From contig OZ024743.1 of assembly GCA_964016885.1 (NCBI GenBank), positions 359,414,001 through 359,478,000 of the forward strand: a DNA stretch of 64,000 nucleotides, read 5' to 3'. This document shows positions 1 to 14,059 of this stretch, one piece after another; positions within the stretch are counted from its first letter, which is position 1, and the number at the start of each line of letters is the position of its first letter. Position numbers and translations under genes: made by a program. A model generated the notes under the pieces. The model saw only the letters and a list, made by a program, of their open reading frames with translations, was not told where the DNA came from and ran no database searches. This DNA is from Eledone cirrhosa. Lineage: Eukaryota.

Positions 1-779
1 CGCTAGTACAATATATCTTACTTAATTACTCTAATTACACAATCAGATGTAGAATTACACTAAGAACATTGTAATATCTCGTGACTGTCACACTCTTTAT
101 TTCGTATGCCTAAGGTAGCAGTAACTGTTGGACACCGGATTAAGTAGTTTTATATAGATCCACCCACATACTGAGAAAAGTTTTCCTGACACTACTCTAG
201 AGTCGATAACATATGTATAGACATATACTGTGGTCAATTTGATCGATTATATTCCTCTTCCATTGTTCATTTTGTAGTAAACGAAATCAATATTTAGTCT
301 ATATATACCGTATAATAACAGCTGCAGCAACATCAGCATGAATTATATAAGAAGGATAAACCACATATAAGAATACAAAGGTGAAATTATATATAAATAA
401 TCAACTCCGACAATAGCGACTACATTGGGATCTAACTGCAACAACAACTACAAATCAATCATATTCCAAATTCAATAGTATTGAGAGTGTCTTCTCTTAG
501 AATTCAGAACAACAGCTAACATTACATATGGTTTATTGCATAAAGCATTTAATGGATCTACAATATATAAATTTGTGCTTTATTTCACAATGTTGAACCA
601 CATACTATATCGCACAATATCCATTCATATTTTTTTAAAATTATAATCCTTGCTTTTTCATACTAGTTATGTTAAATTTAACGCCTGTGCCAAATCCTGA
701 GGTTCACCACACCAGAGCCTGTCTCTGCTTCATTATTGCAAAACAACTCGGAGTAAAGGCACCTCTTATATTGGATGCC

Positions 780-890
780 ATTTAGCCGCAGTGTTAAACC
801 CTAACTACGGCTGATACTCATTTTATCAGCCAAGTGTGTACTAGAGCTACGTGAACTGAAGTGCCTTGCTCAAGGACACCGCGCCTCACA
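780..890 (-). mobile_element. Decayed tRNA-SINE fragment, same family as 10988-11278
   Basis: gatactcattttatcagc...gtgaactgaagtgccttgctcaaggacac resembles ggtactcattttcagc...gtgaaatgaagtgttttgctcaagaacac at ~11138-11200. Confidence 0.5.
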
Positions 891-3876
891 ATTTTAATTT
901 TCCCAACAGGTCATTGCAATTGTCCTATTACCACTAATGCTGATTACAATCTATGATTCGTGAATGTATCATCAGTGTTTATACTTCGTTACATTATACT
1001 GCAGGTGATCATTAAGTTAAATCTCATGTGAAGCTGTTATTTCTACTTCTCTCGGTACAATTGTCATCTATTTCAATAAGTCTTTACCAACACCCTACAA
1101 TAATAAATGCTATAGGCAGATTATATTTTTGTTAAAACAATACTACAAAAGTCTATGTAAGATGGCGGATGCATATAGTTTTGGGGAAAATTCATCACTG
1201 ATTAAAACCAAACATACTGTGTGTTCGAGTTTCTATGGCAATTCATTTCTTCACGTTGACAGAGCATATTTGCACATGCCAAGAAACAGAGTGGTCTATC
1301 AAGTAGAAGAAAACATATGACAGTTTAATTGGCAATTAATTTGCCACCATATTGTCCTAATTAGATATGACATAACACAAGGAATATAGCACAATCCTTG
1401 TGTTTTTTATTGTAAACACTGAATATATACGAACAGATATTTCAATAAAGCGAAGAGATTTCTATTGCGGATAAAATAAAAATATAATAAATAAGAAAGA
1501 AATGTTTGAAATGAAAGAGAAAGAAAAGAAATTAGAAAATATTGAGAATATGCGATAGTTAATATCAAATTGATATGACTCATTGAATGAGAAAATTTGA
1601 AATTTTGAGGGCTAAGGTCAGTCATGGAGTAAATTGGACAGCACTTGAGAATTGGTCGTTAGATTTTTGAAACAACAGCAAACAACTTGTGAACAATTCG
1701 ATAGAAATAATAAAGCTGTTTAGAAATTTTAATTATTTCCTTTCACTCTCAATGGAATGGGCTACATCTGTTTAACATCACATCACGAGCGTAATTTACA
1801 GTGTAAAGTACATATGACATAAAATAACACAGCATGCGATTATTGTCAATAGCATCACTTATTTCATAGTTGTCATATTAGGATTTCAGAATCAGTTGAA
1901 TATCGTAGAAAATAGCTTTCTTTGTTTAGATTGCGTTCGAAGATGTTCAGTAGTTCAAATCTCACTAATGCCATTCACTTTACTGAGGTTTGCCATTCAC
2001 TTTACTGAGGTTGATAAAAATGAGTACTATGTGAGGAGAAATCGGTATAAATTTGATTTTCATTAAGCATTATTTTGATTGGTTCGTTCGATTTCGTTTT
2101 GGTAGTGCTTTTTATGCTGGCATTTTTTTCTTACGTTTGTATTATTTTGTATTTCTTTTTCTTTTTAATAAAGATGAAAAAAGATTTTAATCACAGATGC
2201 GTATTTTTATCTATTTGGATTTCTTCAAAATAATGTGAAACCATAAATGTTCTTTCTTTAAAGTAAGGAAACGATATTTCAATTCTTAGACAGGTAGATA
2301 GATAGCGAAAGAAATAGTGGGAGAAAGAACATATACATTAAACAACAGGTAAATTCCCTGTGCCTTAAAACATCTTTGTTTTCAAAAATTAGACACAAAG
2401 AAAATGAACGACAACATAATGACTTTAACCCCTTTCTCCCGTTAGGTCCAAGAAAGCAGTAGCGAAATCTAAAATCACGAACGCTTCAAGCCTTTACAAA
2501 AATCACAACGCCTAAAAACTAAGACTAAATGAACCATTGCATTAACCAAATTGAATAACTTGTCGTACATACTGATAAATCCTCGGATTCTGAAAACTAG
2601 ATAAAATCCCTTTATATTTAAAAAAAGCTCAAGTGAAGCAGTTTCACATAAACGCATCAAACCTATGATCAAAATCCTTCCAGTCTTAACCGTCCCATAT
2701 TATCTACGATTATATTAACTAATATTTTATGTTATTTTTTTTTGGGGGGGGGGGGGGTGTACATGATTTGAAGAATATTTAACTACTATTACTAATAGAT
2801 CAAGATACAACAAACAAGTTTCTTTATTGGCTTGAATTCCCTTATCATGGTTGTTGTTTGGTCCTAATTTAGCCGTAAACCATTATCCAGTGTGTCTTCC
2901 TTTGTGTGATTTTAAAGAGACTTAGCAGCTCTTTTCTAACAGATCATGCGACAACTTATCAGGCTCGCTTATTGGCTTGAAATTCCCTAACGGCTCTCAT
3001 TGAAAAAATTATAACGATTAAAGTTAGCAGAACTGCAGCAGAGTGATCTCTGAAATCTGGGAAATTATTGCTGACACAGCATATACTGATGCGCAGGAAC
3101 ACGTTGTTTAAGCCTGTAAATGTCAACAGTAACTGTTTGTTTCTATTTCAATTAGATATCATATTCACATGTTGACTTCAATTAACAAGATTCAAGAATC
3201 CGAGTTAAATCCAGGAACCCCAAAGAATTAACTCCAATCTGCATTACAGAAATAATTTTTGATGTCCACACCATAAAAACTACGAAATTCCTGTACTTCT
3301 ACTTCAGAAGAAAAATAGTGACTTTTCATATTTTTCTCCCTATTAATTCACAATTTTGAAATTATTATCAATTAAATTTATTGTTAAAGGAAGACAGTTT
3401 TGGAAACAACAGATATTTATAACAAATCGATCAATGGGCCGAATACGTTGAGAAAAATATCTGAGAGAGCGAAACTGAATACCGTATAGTCCTCTGTTAA
3501 AGACGCCCCCGCCATCCCCTCAAATAAAGAAATTTGACGTCAAAATCTGCTTACATCTTATACACCGAAGACATGAATATAATGATAATAATTGAAGCGA
3601 GAAACTAGTAGTGTCTTTAACATCACAAACGTGTTTGAATTGGTTTATACATATTGCGAGATCACAGCTCCGATACTATGGGCAAGTGGTTAGAATGTCC
3701 TAGGAAAGATTGGCTGGGCAGATTTTACGTGCAAAACCAGCCGAGATGAGACCCAGGTGGGCGAAGAAGAGAATATATATATATATAAGATAAGTTATTC
3801 CGGGTTGAGTCGGAGGTAACCACAGTGAGTAAGGTACTCAATACATAGCAGAGTATAGCGGTTTTAATTTTAGAAG

Positions 3877-3927
3877 AGCTTCTACAGGACTAGAACTGTT
3901 TCATTCGTGAGAAATCATCAGGAAGCT
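3877..3927 (-). ncRNA. Type I hammerhead ribozyme, family A
   Basis: Reverse complement: agcttc CTGATGA t-ttc-tcac-gaa-t GAAA cag-ttctagtc-ctg TA gaagct; full core with stems I, II and III. Confidence 0.85.
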
Positions 3928-4508
3928 GGCTGTCCAAATAAGTGGTAGTATTTATATCTTTCCTTTTCTGGTGGTAGGAGAGGGTGGGGGTTGGGATGGG
4001 TGGAGTTTCATTCGTTGAAGGATTTAAAGAAAAGGGAGTTCATTAGAAGCTAATTCTTTAAAGCTATAATATTAACAAAGGCAGAAAAAATACTGTAAGC
4101 AAATTCAAAATTGAAATACCAATCCTTGTTTATCACTTAGACTAACAATGCCTGTAAGATGGATGGGTGGGATCCAATGGTTTAAAGAAAAGGGAAATTC
4201 TTTAGAAGCTAATTCTTTAAGGTTGAAATAAGTGTGACAAAGGCAGAAAGGGTTCCTTCAACAGATTCAAGTGTTGGGGTGAACCCCCATATTGTGAAGT
4301 TACACTTAATATATATTCCAGGTGTCGACAGGCGCATTCATACACGCGCCCACTTACACACGTACGCACACATACACCCCCGCACACACAGGCAGGCACA
4401 CACACAACAAACATACATAATGGTACATACACACATAGATATATACAAATATATATATACACATATACATACATATGTGTACATACATATACATATATAT
4501 ATACACAT

Positions 4509-4551
<43 letters not shown>

Positions 4552-4586
4552 CATACATACACATACATACATATATATACATATAT

Positions 4587-4648
<62 letters not shown>

Positions 4649-4804
4649 TATATATATACAATATTATAGCTTTAAAGAATTGGCTTTTAATGAACTCCCT
4701 TTTCTTTAAATCCTTCAACCAATGACCTCCACCCATCCCAAACCCCACCCTCTCCTACCACTAGAAAAGGAAAGATATAAATACTACCACTTATTTGGAC
4801 AGCC

Positions 4805-4855
4805 AGCTTCCTGATGATTTTTCACGAATGAAACAGTTCTAGTTCTGTAGAAGCT
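4805..4855 (+). ncRNA. Type I hammerhead ribozyme, family A
   Basis: agcttc CTGATGA tttttcacgaat GAAA cag-ttctagtt-ctg TA gaagct. Confidence 0.85.
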
Positions 4856-5759
4856 CTTCTATATTAAAACTATATATATGTATATATATATATAAACTAG
4901 AATTGATTGACATATATATATATATCTAAAATAAACATATGAAACAATAACAGGGAACAATTTGTAAAAGTGTGTAAGCACACATAGCTAGGTAGGTAAC
5001 CTATTAAAGTTTAACTAGAACTTTAAAAATAGATACCTTATAATTAAATAGCTCAAAGAAAGAAATATTTCCGAGCCGTGTAACATAATATAATTGACCC
5101 GGCTTCTATTTTTAGCGGCATGAGTATGTGAGACGCGCTAGGCGCTGTAACATGTGCTTTTATATCAGCATATTGTTCAGTCTTCTTAGATCCTTAAAAG
5201 TGAAAGGTCTGCTAATTTTTGGATACCTACTGAAGAGCATAGAAATAGTGGCTTTCACTTAATAATTCTTGCGAAACAGATTTAAGTCTGTCTGGGTATC
5301 AAAGGCTTTTGCCCGATATAGGTTTGTTATTTTTATTGATTTATTACTTTAAATCGAGTCAGGCAAACCATATTGTTTTAAATTAGTATTTTCCAACAGA
5401 GCTGACTTGGTCATTTGCAATTGGAACACATGTATACTTATATCGGTGTTCATCTCTCTCATATATTCAATTATATTACACGGCTCGGAAAAATTCCTTT
5501 CTTTGAGCTATTTAATTGTAAAAGACAATTTTGAGTTTCTAACTCAATGTATGATATTCTCGCCTCCAATATGTAGAGCTAACTTTAGTCTCATAAACCC
5601 GGCTGCTATTTTTAGCGGCATGAGTTTGATTTATTACTTTAAATCGAGTCAGGCAAACCATATTGTATTAATTTAGTATTTTTTCAACCTAGCTAACTTG
5701 GTTATTTGCAATTGGAACATATGTATACTTATGTCGGTGTCCATTTCTCTCATATATTC

Positions 5760-5822
<63 letters not shown>

Positions 5823-6185
5823 TAATTTTAATCATTACATGTAAAATATATACAGATAATATTTCCCAGTAAAAAGTTCAATAAACATCTGTTCAGAACA
5901 TCAATAATAGAATATATTTGTAAACGATATATGAGGATATATCAATTGAGTAACAAACTAGCATTTTATAGATATATACATATATATATTATATATATAT
6001 CAAATGATTTGTCGATTTAGATACAAATTAAAAGTCATACACATAGCTGTTAGAATATTGCTATACTCACATAAATGTTATGTTGTACTTATGTTGTACT
6101 TAGATGGCTGTACTTCCCTAGTAGATTTAAATATAAATTTAAAGCTATATACATAGAATACTTAAATGACCAATTCCATATCTAT

Positions 6186-6216
<31 letters not shown>

Positions 6217-6575
6217 TTGACTTTAAACGTCCCTATTGAACTAGTAAGCCATAACAGACTCGAAAAGTATTGAGTACTCCTTACAGTTGTTAACCAAAAA
6301 GAGCTAGTGAGACGAGTAATAACAAAGAAAAGAAAAATAGAATAAAATAAAACAAAAACTAAAATAAAAAAGAGAAAAGGGGAAAGAAATAAAATAACAA
6401 AAATAACATTCCAAATAGTGAAGGTCACTGGGAGGCAGATTATGCCTAGGAAAACGAAAAGTAAAATAGGAAACAGGTTTCTCTTGTGTCTATGTGTATG
6501 GCTGTAAATTTCTATTTAAATCTACCATGGAAATACGGCCATATAAGTAGAACATATTATTTATATCAGTATATA

Positions 6576-6765
6576 AGGGTGGTGGCTTGGCAGTATCGGT
6601 AGAGGGTCGGACGCCATGCTTTCCAGCATAGTTACGTCCCTTTGCGGTCTGAGTTCAAATCCCACCGAGGTTAACTTTGCCTTTCATCCTTACGGGGTCG
6701 ATAAAATAAAGTACCAGTAATGCACTGGGTAATTGATGGCCTTGTGCCAAAAGTAGAAACAATTA
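6576..6765 (+). mobile_element. tRNA-derived SINE (octopus-type)
   Basis: A-box-like tggcagtatcggta, B-box gagttcaaatccc, body ttgcctttcatccttacggggtcgataaaataaagtacc; TSD attatttatatcagta at 6556-6571 and 6762-6777; 3 further copies in window. Confidence 0.9.
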
Positions 6766-6973
6766 TTTATATCAGTACATCCTTATTTTCACACCTATGT
6801 GAATGACTTTAAATCTATATCTAAATCTACATGTTATTTGCTATATATGTATGTATGTAAAACAATGGTGGTTTGTTTCTCAATTCGTATATCCACGCAT
6901 ATCGTTTACAAATATATATACATAACTTTAATCTGTTATATATATATACAATATATATATATATATATATATA

Positions 6974-9900
6974 CTAGCAGAAGTACACGGCGTTGCCCGG
7001 GTGTGAGTCGACCTTTGCTCTGTTGTTAAAACGTGTGAAAGTTACTTCCCGCGCATCACAGGTGCAAAAACTTTCGAACCCCAAGTAAAAAACAGAGGTT
7101 AGTAGACGCAGGTGTGTAATTGAGCATAAATAATGGATCAATTGTAGGTACACAGTGTATCGTTGAAATTGTTCTTTGCACGACTGACGGAAGTCTAATT
7201 CACTTGAAATTGAATTTTCAGTTGATTTTTAAAGCAGATTTCTTTTTTACAATTTTCGCGTTCACATGTGCAGAAGTAGAAATAAAAGGGACTTTATCTG
7301 AACCGCGGCATAATGGCGAGTCTTTTGCGAAAGTTTTCATGAAAATCGGACATTCTTGTAAAAAGTTTTTCCATGTGCAACTTTGCCTTGTTTTTTGCGC
7401 AAAGTCGAACCCGCTTCAGTTTTATTGAGTTTTTACATGAATGCGTGACATCTGAAGTAGATTTGAGTAGCTAAAAACCTGTCTCGGTAAATTTGCTATA
7501 AAAAAGTTGATGAAAATTGTGTCTAGGGTTATTGCCCTTTGCAACAGCCTCAACGTGTCTTCAATTATGGTTTGTTAATTTGTTGTGGAACTAAATCGAC
7601 TTTCGTCAAATCGGACCGAGGAAACAATGTTTCCATTTGTCTTTCTAGCTGGTGTACCCGGTTACACTCGGGGTTATAAGGCGCTGGATTTAAACGGGTC
7701 TGCGCTAAATTCCAGCAGGATGCTTTAGCCGAAATAAATGAAGACAAACGTTTCTTTTTGTGCTCCAATCTGTGATATTGGTATTTTGAAAAAATAGTCC
7801 ACAAACATCCATGGAGCATGTGTAACGCATGTATCAGGTTATGAGAAAAAGGGTTTTCGATTTTCCATTCATAAGGTACCAAAAAATTGCACGCAAATAA
7901 ACCGGGATTTTAAGGCACTGCCCGATTCAGAGCTGAAAGGTAAGAATCAAGTGGAATAATGTTTTGCGACATTGTCAAATGTACAATCGTACAAAAGCAA
8001 AGGGTATAGCCATTGAAATCTAGGTAGACCAAAGATTTTGGTGGGGTTGTATATCAGAGGATTGTTTTCCATGTGATTCGAGTTTAGCCTACAAAGTGAA
8101 GTTAGATTATTGTAGTCGGTGTTGTATCAATAAAACATAAAAGCATACGGAAGACTGAACATTTACGAATTAAGTGAAAATCACGTTGATATTCCTATCA
8201 GAGCAACATGTGCCGAAAAACCTGACGGACTGTTGTGTCAATATTGAAATCGTAAAAATTGCGAATCCTGACCTTTAAGGTGTAATGGATAGGCCTTGGA
8301 AGTGAAGAGGAAGAATTGGTACAATTGTTTTGCTGAACATGTTGACCATTAATTTAAATAGACTTACGCAGCATCATCGTGCGGTTTTGTTGTTTATGGT
8401 CTAGAATGATCGCCGGTTAAACGCGGCAGAAAAATAAACCATGCTGATGATGTTTAGGGGCGTCGCAGGGAATAGATGCGGCGTTGTGAGTCAATTGTGA
8501 GGACAGTGGAAGGCACGCTGATCGCTTGAGAAGACGCGATGCTACACAGGATGCTTCTCGGCCATAATTGACAGAAAGGCATGTCAGGAGAAATGAAAGA
8601 GTTGCTATTCATCCTTTGCTTAGCATGATGAACATGTAATTAAAAAGACTTACCATGGACTATCGTGCACGTTGGTATTGTGTTTAGCCAGCGAAAATCG
8701 GTGGTCAAATGGGTCAACAATAAGCCATGCTGATGACGTTTAAGTGGGTGGCAAGGAATTGATGCGGCATAGATAGTCATGGGACTCTTGAAGGAGCACG
8801 GCGGTCAGGCAAAAGAAAGGACAGAAGAGGGGATGGTGGCTGACAGTGCATGGATGCGGCATTCTGAGGCATGACGATGCAGTGGGACGACGGTCAGCAG
8901 GCAAGCAAGAGGGCAGGGGGGGACGGTGAACATGATTCCGCAAGGTGAGCCATGGCAGTCTTGAAGGAGCACTGCGGGTAGGCAAAAGAAATGGCCGAGG
9001 AGAGGATGGCGACTGACAGAGCATTGATGCGGCATGGTGATGCATGACGATGCAGTGGGACGATGGCGTGCAGGGAACGGAGAGGGCAGGCGTTGACGGT
9101 GGCAGGGATACGACTTGGTCCCTCAAGACTGCCATGCCTAGGCAGTGGAAAGGCTAGGGGAGTGGATGGCGGCTGACAGGACAGGGATGCAACATGATGA
9201 GGCATGACGGAAGGACAGGGTGCATAGCGGCTGACAGGGCGTGGATGCGGCATGCCAATTGAGTTACACCTCGGGTATGTAGAGAGCACCGGGGCGCACG
9301 ATGATTGTTTGAGAAAACCGGGTGCAAGGCAGGATGTTTATCGGCCATACAAGATCGGTAGGCTTTGGAGGAGAAAGGGATGAAGTTTTATTTAATTTTG
9401 TTAAATATGGTCAAAATGAATGTAAAAAGACTTACGCAGGATCGTCTTCATGTTCGGTGTTGTCTTTGGTCTGAGATAATGGGCGGTTATGTGCGGCGCA
9501 GGAATAGACCATGCTGATGACATTTGAGCAAGTTGCTGACAGGGCAGAAATGCCGCATGGTGAGCCATGGCAGTCGTGAGGGACCAAGGCGTGCGGGCAA
9601 GGGATAGGGCAGGGGTTGACGGTGGCAGGGATGCGGCTTGGTTAGGCATGGTAGCCTTGAAGGCGCACGGCGGGCAGGCAAAATAAAAGGCCGAGGAGGG
9701 GATGGCGGCTGACAGATCATGGATGCGGCATGGTGAGGCATAACGATGCAGTGGGTCGACGGCGTGCAGGGAAGGGAGATGGCCGGGATTGACAGTTGGA
9801 TGGATTCCGCATGGCGAGCCATGGCACTCGTGAAGGACCAAGGCGTGCGGGTAAGGGAGAGGGCAGGGGAGGGCATGGCGGATGACAGAGCATGGATGCG

Positions 9901-10955
9901 GCAAGGTGAGGCATGACGATGCAATGTGACGACGGCGTTCAGGGAAGGGAGAAGGCAGGACTTGATGGTGGCAGTGATGCAGCTTGGTTAGGCATGGCAG
10001 TCTTGAAGGAGCACGGCAGGCAGGCAAAAGAAAGGGCTGCGGAGGGAATGGTGACCGACAGGGCAGTAATGCGGCATGGTGAGGCATGACGATGCAATGG
10101 GACGACGGCGTGCAGGGAAGGGAGAGGGTAGGGGTTGACGGTGGCAGGGATGCGGCCTGGTGAGGCATGAAAGTCTTGAGCTCTCCCAGAGTGTAGGCAA
10201 TGGAAATGGGCAGGGGTGGACGGTGGCAGGGATTCGGCATGTTGAGCTGTGGCAGTCCTTAGGGACCACGGAGGGCAGGCAATGGAAAGGGCCGGGGAAT
10301 GAATTGCGGCTGACAAGGCAGAGATGCGCATGGTGATGCACAACTATGCAGTGGGTCGACGGCGTGCAGGGAAGGGAGAGGTTGACGGATGACTCATTAT
10401 GCTACGGTAGTGGGACCACGGGAATGAAGAGAGCGGATAGAGGCTCGATGATCGCTTGAGAAGACTGGGCGCAATAGACGATGATGCGCAGCGGTATAGT
10501 CTTGATAGTCCTTATATAAGAAATGGAAGAATCGGCATAAAAGGTTTGCTGAATATGGTGAGCGTTAATCTAAAGAGACTTACGGTGGAAAATTTCAAGT
10601 ACTCCACGTTGATCCCCGCATGAAAATACATACCTACGTCAAATTTTATTGGAATCGTAAATATCGATTTTTGCCTCTGGTGATCCAATTATTTTTCGAA
10701 AATTTAATGTAGCCCACGTTCGTCCCCGGATGAAAATACACATTTGCCTCGAGTTTAATCGAAATCGGACGATTTTTGAAAATATCGACTTTTGGCTTCT
10801 GGGGGCAAATTATCGATTTTCCGAAAATTCCAAGTAGCCTATTCCAATCTATGGGTTGAGCTTTATATATGTCTCAAGTTTCATGAAAATTGGATGAACG
10901 GTGTAGCCTGCAAGTTCGGGACACCAAACAAACAAACAACGCGCAACTTCACTAT
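6974..10955 (-). mobile_element. Non-autonomous Helitron (~4 kb), copy 1
   Basis: Minus strand ends with hairpin acccgggcaacgccgtgt followed by CTAG|T in (TA)n; ~2.9 kb shared in inverted orientation with 21056-23980; 5' TC end not clearly seen. Confidence 0.8.
8740..10385. repeat. GC-rich ~173-bp tandem repeat (two related half-units) inside Helitron
   Basis: gaggcatRacgatgca recurs at 9735, 9908 and 10081 (period 173); further units 8770-9250. Confidence 0.9.
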
Positions 10956-10987
10956 CCAGCGAACCACAACCGTTAAGGTTGTCTTTA

Positions 10988-11278
10988 TGTCTAAAAAGTC
11001 TAAAATCTGTCTTAAGCCAGAACGCTCATTTGGCCGGTGCTTATCCCGGTTTCATGGCGTGAAGCGACTGAGAGTACAAGACTCCCCCCCTGGACAGGAC
11101 GCCAGTCCATCGCAGGGTTAAACCTCCAGCTATTGCTGGTACTCATTTTCAGCTGAGTAAACTGTAGCAACGTGAAATGAAGTGTTTTGCTCAAGAACAC
11201 AACACGCAAACCAGGAATCGAGTCCACGATATTATTATCGTAAGTCCAACACTCTTACCATCAGGCCACGTGCCTCCA
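10988..11278 (-). mobile_element. tRNA-derived SINE with Meta/V-like central domain
   Basis: Reverse complement begins tggaggcacgtggcctgatggtaagagtg (A box), then ggactcgattcc (B box) and accctgcgatggactggcgtcctgtccagggg; TSD ttgtcttta on both sides. Confidence 0.85.
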
Positions 11279-11324
11279 TTGTCTTTACGTGGGTATGTCA
11301 ATATTTATTTATAAAACAAATTTG

Positions 11325-11390
11325 TATTTTATCTGATGAAAGCGCACCAAAATTTGCCTTGGTTGCCCTTGAAATATATATAATAAAATA
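11325..11390 (+). ncRNA. Type I hammerhead ribozyme, family B
   Basis: tattttat CTGATGA aag-cgcaccaa...ttggttgc-cctt GAAA tatata TA ataaaata. Confidence 0.8.
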
Positions 11391-11521
11391 ATTATGGTTC
11401 TATAAATATAGTTTCCATTTATTAATATATTGAATATTTACTCCACTAATCTGTTGAGTGCTTTATATCAGTTATAAAAATGTTTAAGCTTGTTGAATCC
11501 CAACAAATTAAATACAACCTC

Positions 11522-11576
<55 letters not shown>

Positions 11577-11666
11577 TTATTTATTTATTTATTATAAGAA
11601 CAGATTAAAGTTTAAGCAAAGAATCGGTGCTTTCACACTTTGGATTTTAGACTTTACATTTATTAT

Positions 11667-11714
<48 letters not shown>

Positions 11715-11786
11715 CGAAGGAAATGTGGTAAGCAACCAGGTGGACCATAACGCACCAAAGTACTCAATACTTAGGGTACTAGAGTT

Positions 11787-11822
<36 letters not shown>

Positions 11823-11915
11823 AAATTAAAATTAAGGGTTGTCTGAGAGACATGCGCCATATCCACTGTAGAATAACCTGAAAGATTCCAATGAACAGAT
11901 CTGAGCATTACATAT

Positions 11916-12112
11916 CAACTAGAAATAGATTGACATATATAAATATAAAATAAACATATGAAACAATCACAGGGAATAATTTGTAAGGAATGTAAGCACA
12001 CATAGGTAACCAATTAAAGTTTAACTAGAACTTCAAATATAGATACCTTTTAAATTATTCCCTCTGATTGTTTCATGTTTATTTTATATATATATGTCAA
12101 TCTATTTCTAGT

Positions 12113-12113
<1 letters not shown>
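11916..12113. repeat. Foldback with ~60-bp inverted arms; related sequence at ~4895-5045 and 13845-13892
   Basis: caactagaaatagattgacat...gggaataattt pairs with aaattattccc...atgtcaatctatttctagttg. Confidence 0.75.
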
Positions 12114-12185
<72 letters not shown>

Positions 12186-12186
<1 letters not shown>

Positions 12187-13253
12187 TAGCAGAGGTACCT
12201 GGCGTTGCTCGGATATTAAATAGCAATTGTGTATACCATTTATGTCAATACTTCAGTGCTGCTTCGAAAACTATACTTTACAAAATCATCGGCTTTTTCC
12301 AAAAGAGGGTTCCTGCCTCCAAGGATCCCCCACCCAATATGTGCCAATTATGAGAGTTCACATTCATCTGAAGGACAAACGTAGCCCATGTGTCAAGTTT
12401 TGTGAAAATCGGTTGCGAACTCCAGAAGTTATGACGTTTTGTTGCATTGCACTGCAGTGCTTCAGTCGACTCCAAGGAAGTGGTTAAAGTGGTTAAAGGG
12501 GGTTATCTGCCGGGGGGCCCTATAATCAATATCTGGAAAAATGACAGTGCCCATGACCATCCGGAGTACATAAGTAACCTATCTCTTAAGTTTGGTGAAA
12601 ATACTGTATAAATGCATAAGGTTTATACACGTTCGTGTGTGTGTGGGGGAGAGGGAGGGGGGTGTATGTATTTGTGTGTGCGTATGTATCTGTATGTCCG
12701 TCTGGGCATACGTATATACTGGCCTAAATCTTCACTATTTACTTTTACTATTTTACTAACCTCTCTCATTTTCGTTTTCAATTTTATTTACATCATTCTT
12801 AAACTCCGGGGCTGGAAATCATTCTGTTATTTTAAATAGAATAATTAGTCTAACGACTCCATTTATACGATAAACTTGGTCTTGTCTTTGCATGAAATTG
12901 TTCTCTACGATCCACATAACGACGTATTATCCTCGCTTTTTTGCCGTTCAATGCCAGGGAACGTCTTCACGAACCAAAATATCGTCTCCTGTTTTAGTTC
13001 GGTTGCAACGTTTCTAGAAATAATTACTTCTGCGTTCACAGATTACTCTCAGTTCAATTTGAATGGGAAATTCCTGTTTCATCGATTTTCTCCGTAACCA
13101 CGGAAGATTGTAGCTTAAAAGTCGAACCAACGACTCCTCGGGTGATTCTGCATAACTGTGTAAATTTTCGCTGCATTCCACCAAGCCGTTTCGACGTTTA
13201 TCCGACTACACCTACATATACAACGTCCGACCACTTCCAATTTATATAGTAGA
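12186..13253 (-). mobile_element. Complete non-autonomous Helitron (1068 bp)
   Basis: Minus strand reads A|TCTACTATATAAA ... imperfect hairpin atccgagcaacgccaggt ... CTAG|T: canonical ends and AT target. Confidence 0.85.
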
Positions 13254-13362
13254 TTTGTTTATATATGAATGACAAAAAGAAAAGTACAAAACTATACATG
13301 AATTGTTTCTACTAAACCTTCAATTTAAGACCCAGCCTACATATTTGATAGGACTCCAGCTC

Positions 13363-13363
<1 letters not shown>

Positions 13364-13393
<30 letters not shown>

Positions 13394-13510
13394 CTTCTTC
13401 TTCTTCTTCTTCTTCTTCTTTTGCTCCCCTTGGAACATTGGCCCGCAAGCCACCCCACTCAACGCCATGGTCTGAGTCTGCTTTTCAACTCCACCGTGAT
13501 GCACGGTGCG
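13364..13510 (-). mobile_element. Probable RTE-type LINE 3' end with (AAG)n tail
   Basis: Reverse complement ggccaatgttccaaggggagcaaa followed by (AAG)n. Confidence 0.45.
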
Positions 13511-13800
13511 TCATGGTGTATCTAACAATTTTTTTAGGTTTTACTACGGCTGATTTCTTCCAGAGAGAAAGAAAGAGATGGAAAAATGCAGAGAAGATTC
13601 ATCCCTGGAGGAATAATAAAAAATGTTTACACTGTACATTTCATTTTTTCAAAGTTTCCAAGTTACAGATTTGAAACCTCGTCTATTTGCTTCCTTGGCA
13701 CTTTGTACATAGGTGTGTAAATTTTCATGTCAGTCCGACGAAGTCTACTACCATTTAACCGTGCACATCTGAATTTCAACCAGCACCCATTTCACAAATA

Positions 13801-13846
<46 letters not shown>

Positions 13847-14059
13847 ACTAGAAATATATATGACATATATATATATATAAAATAAACATATGAGTAGACG
13901 TATAGATGACCACATAGAACGACGTAACTTTATAACTGTAGAGCATAACCCCGACGCACGTAGCGGGAAAATAGACAGAGACAACACACGGGATGTAATT
14001 GTGGTTGGGCCGAGCACGGGACGGACATCGAGTCCTGGACACACCAACAAGAGTCCACG

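Larger units (their letters stand above)
3787..4870. mobile_element. Non-coding PLE/retrozyme-like insertion (HHR family A) with ~200-bp inverted arms around a CA/TA microsatellite
   Basis: 3872-4071 is the near reverse complement of 4660-4860; each arm carries a hammerhead; insertion lies in (TA)n. Confidence 0.75.

Noticed and set aside
3480-3570. Pogo/Tigger-like MITE starting taccgta
   Set aside because: Second inverted repeat too degraded to support
7565-7882. NPFSHNL as Helitron helicase motif PVFSHGQLYVA
   Set aside because: No other helicase motifs nearby; resemblance too weak
8740-10343. Pro/Cys/His-rich ORFs up to 279 aa
   Set aside because: Open in several frames of a GC-rich satellite with period 173, which is not a multiple of 3
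8740-10385. CRISPR-like or repeat-spacer array
   Set aside because: Whole units repeat with no unique spacers; eukaryotic context
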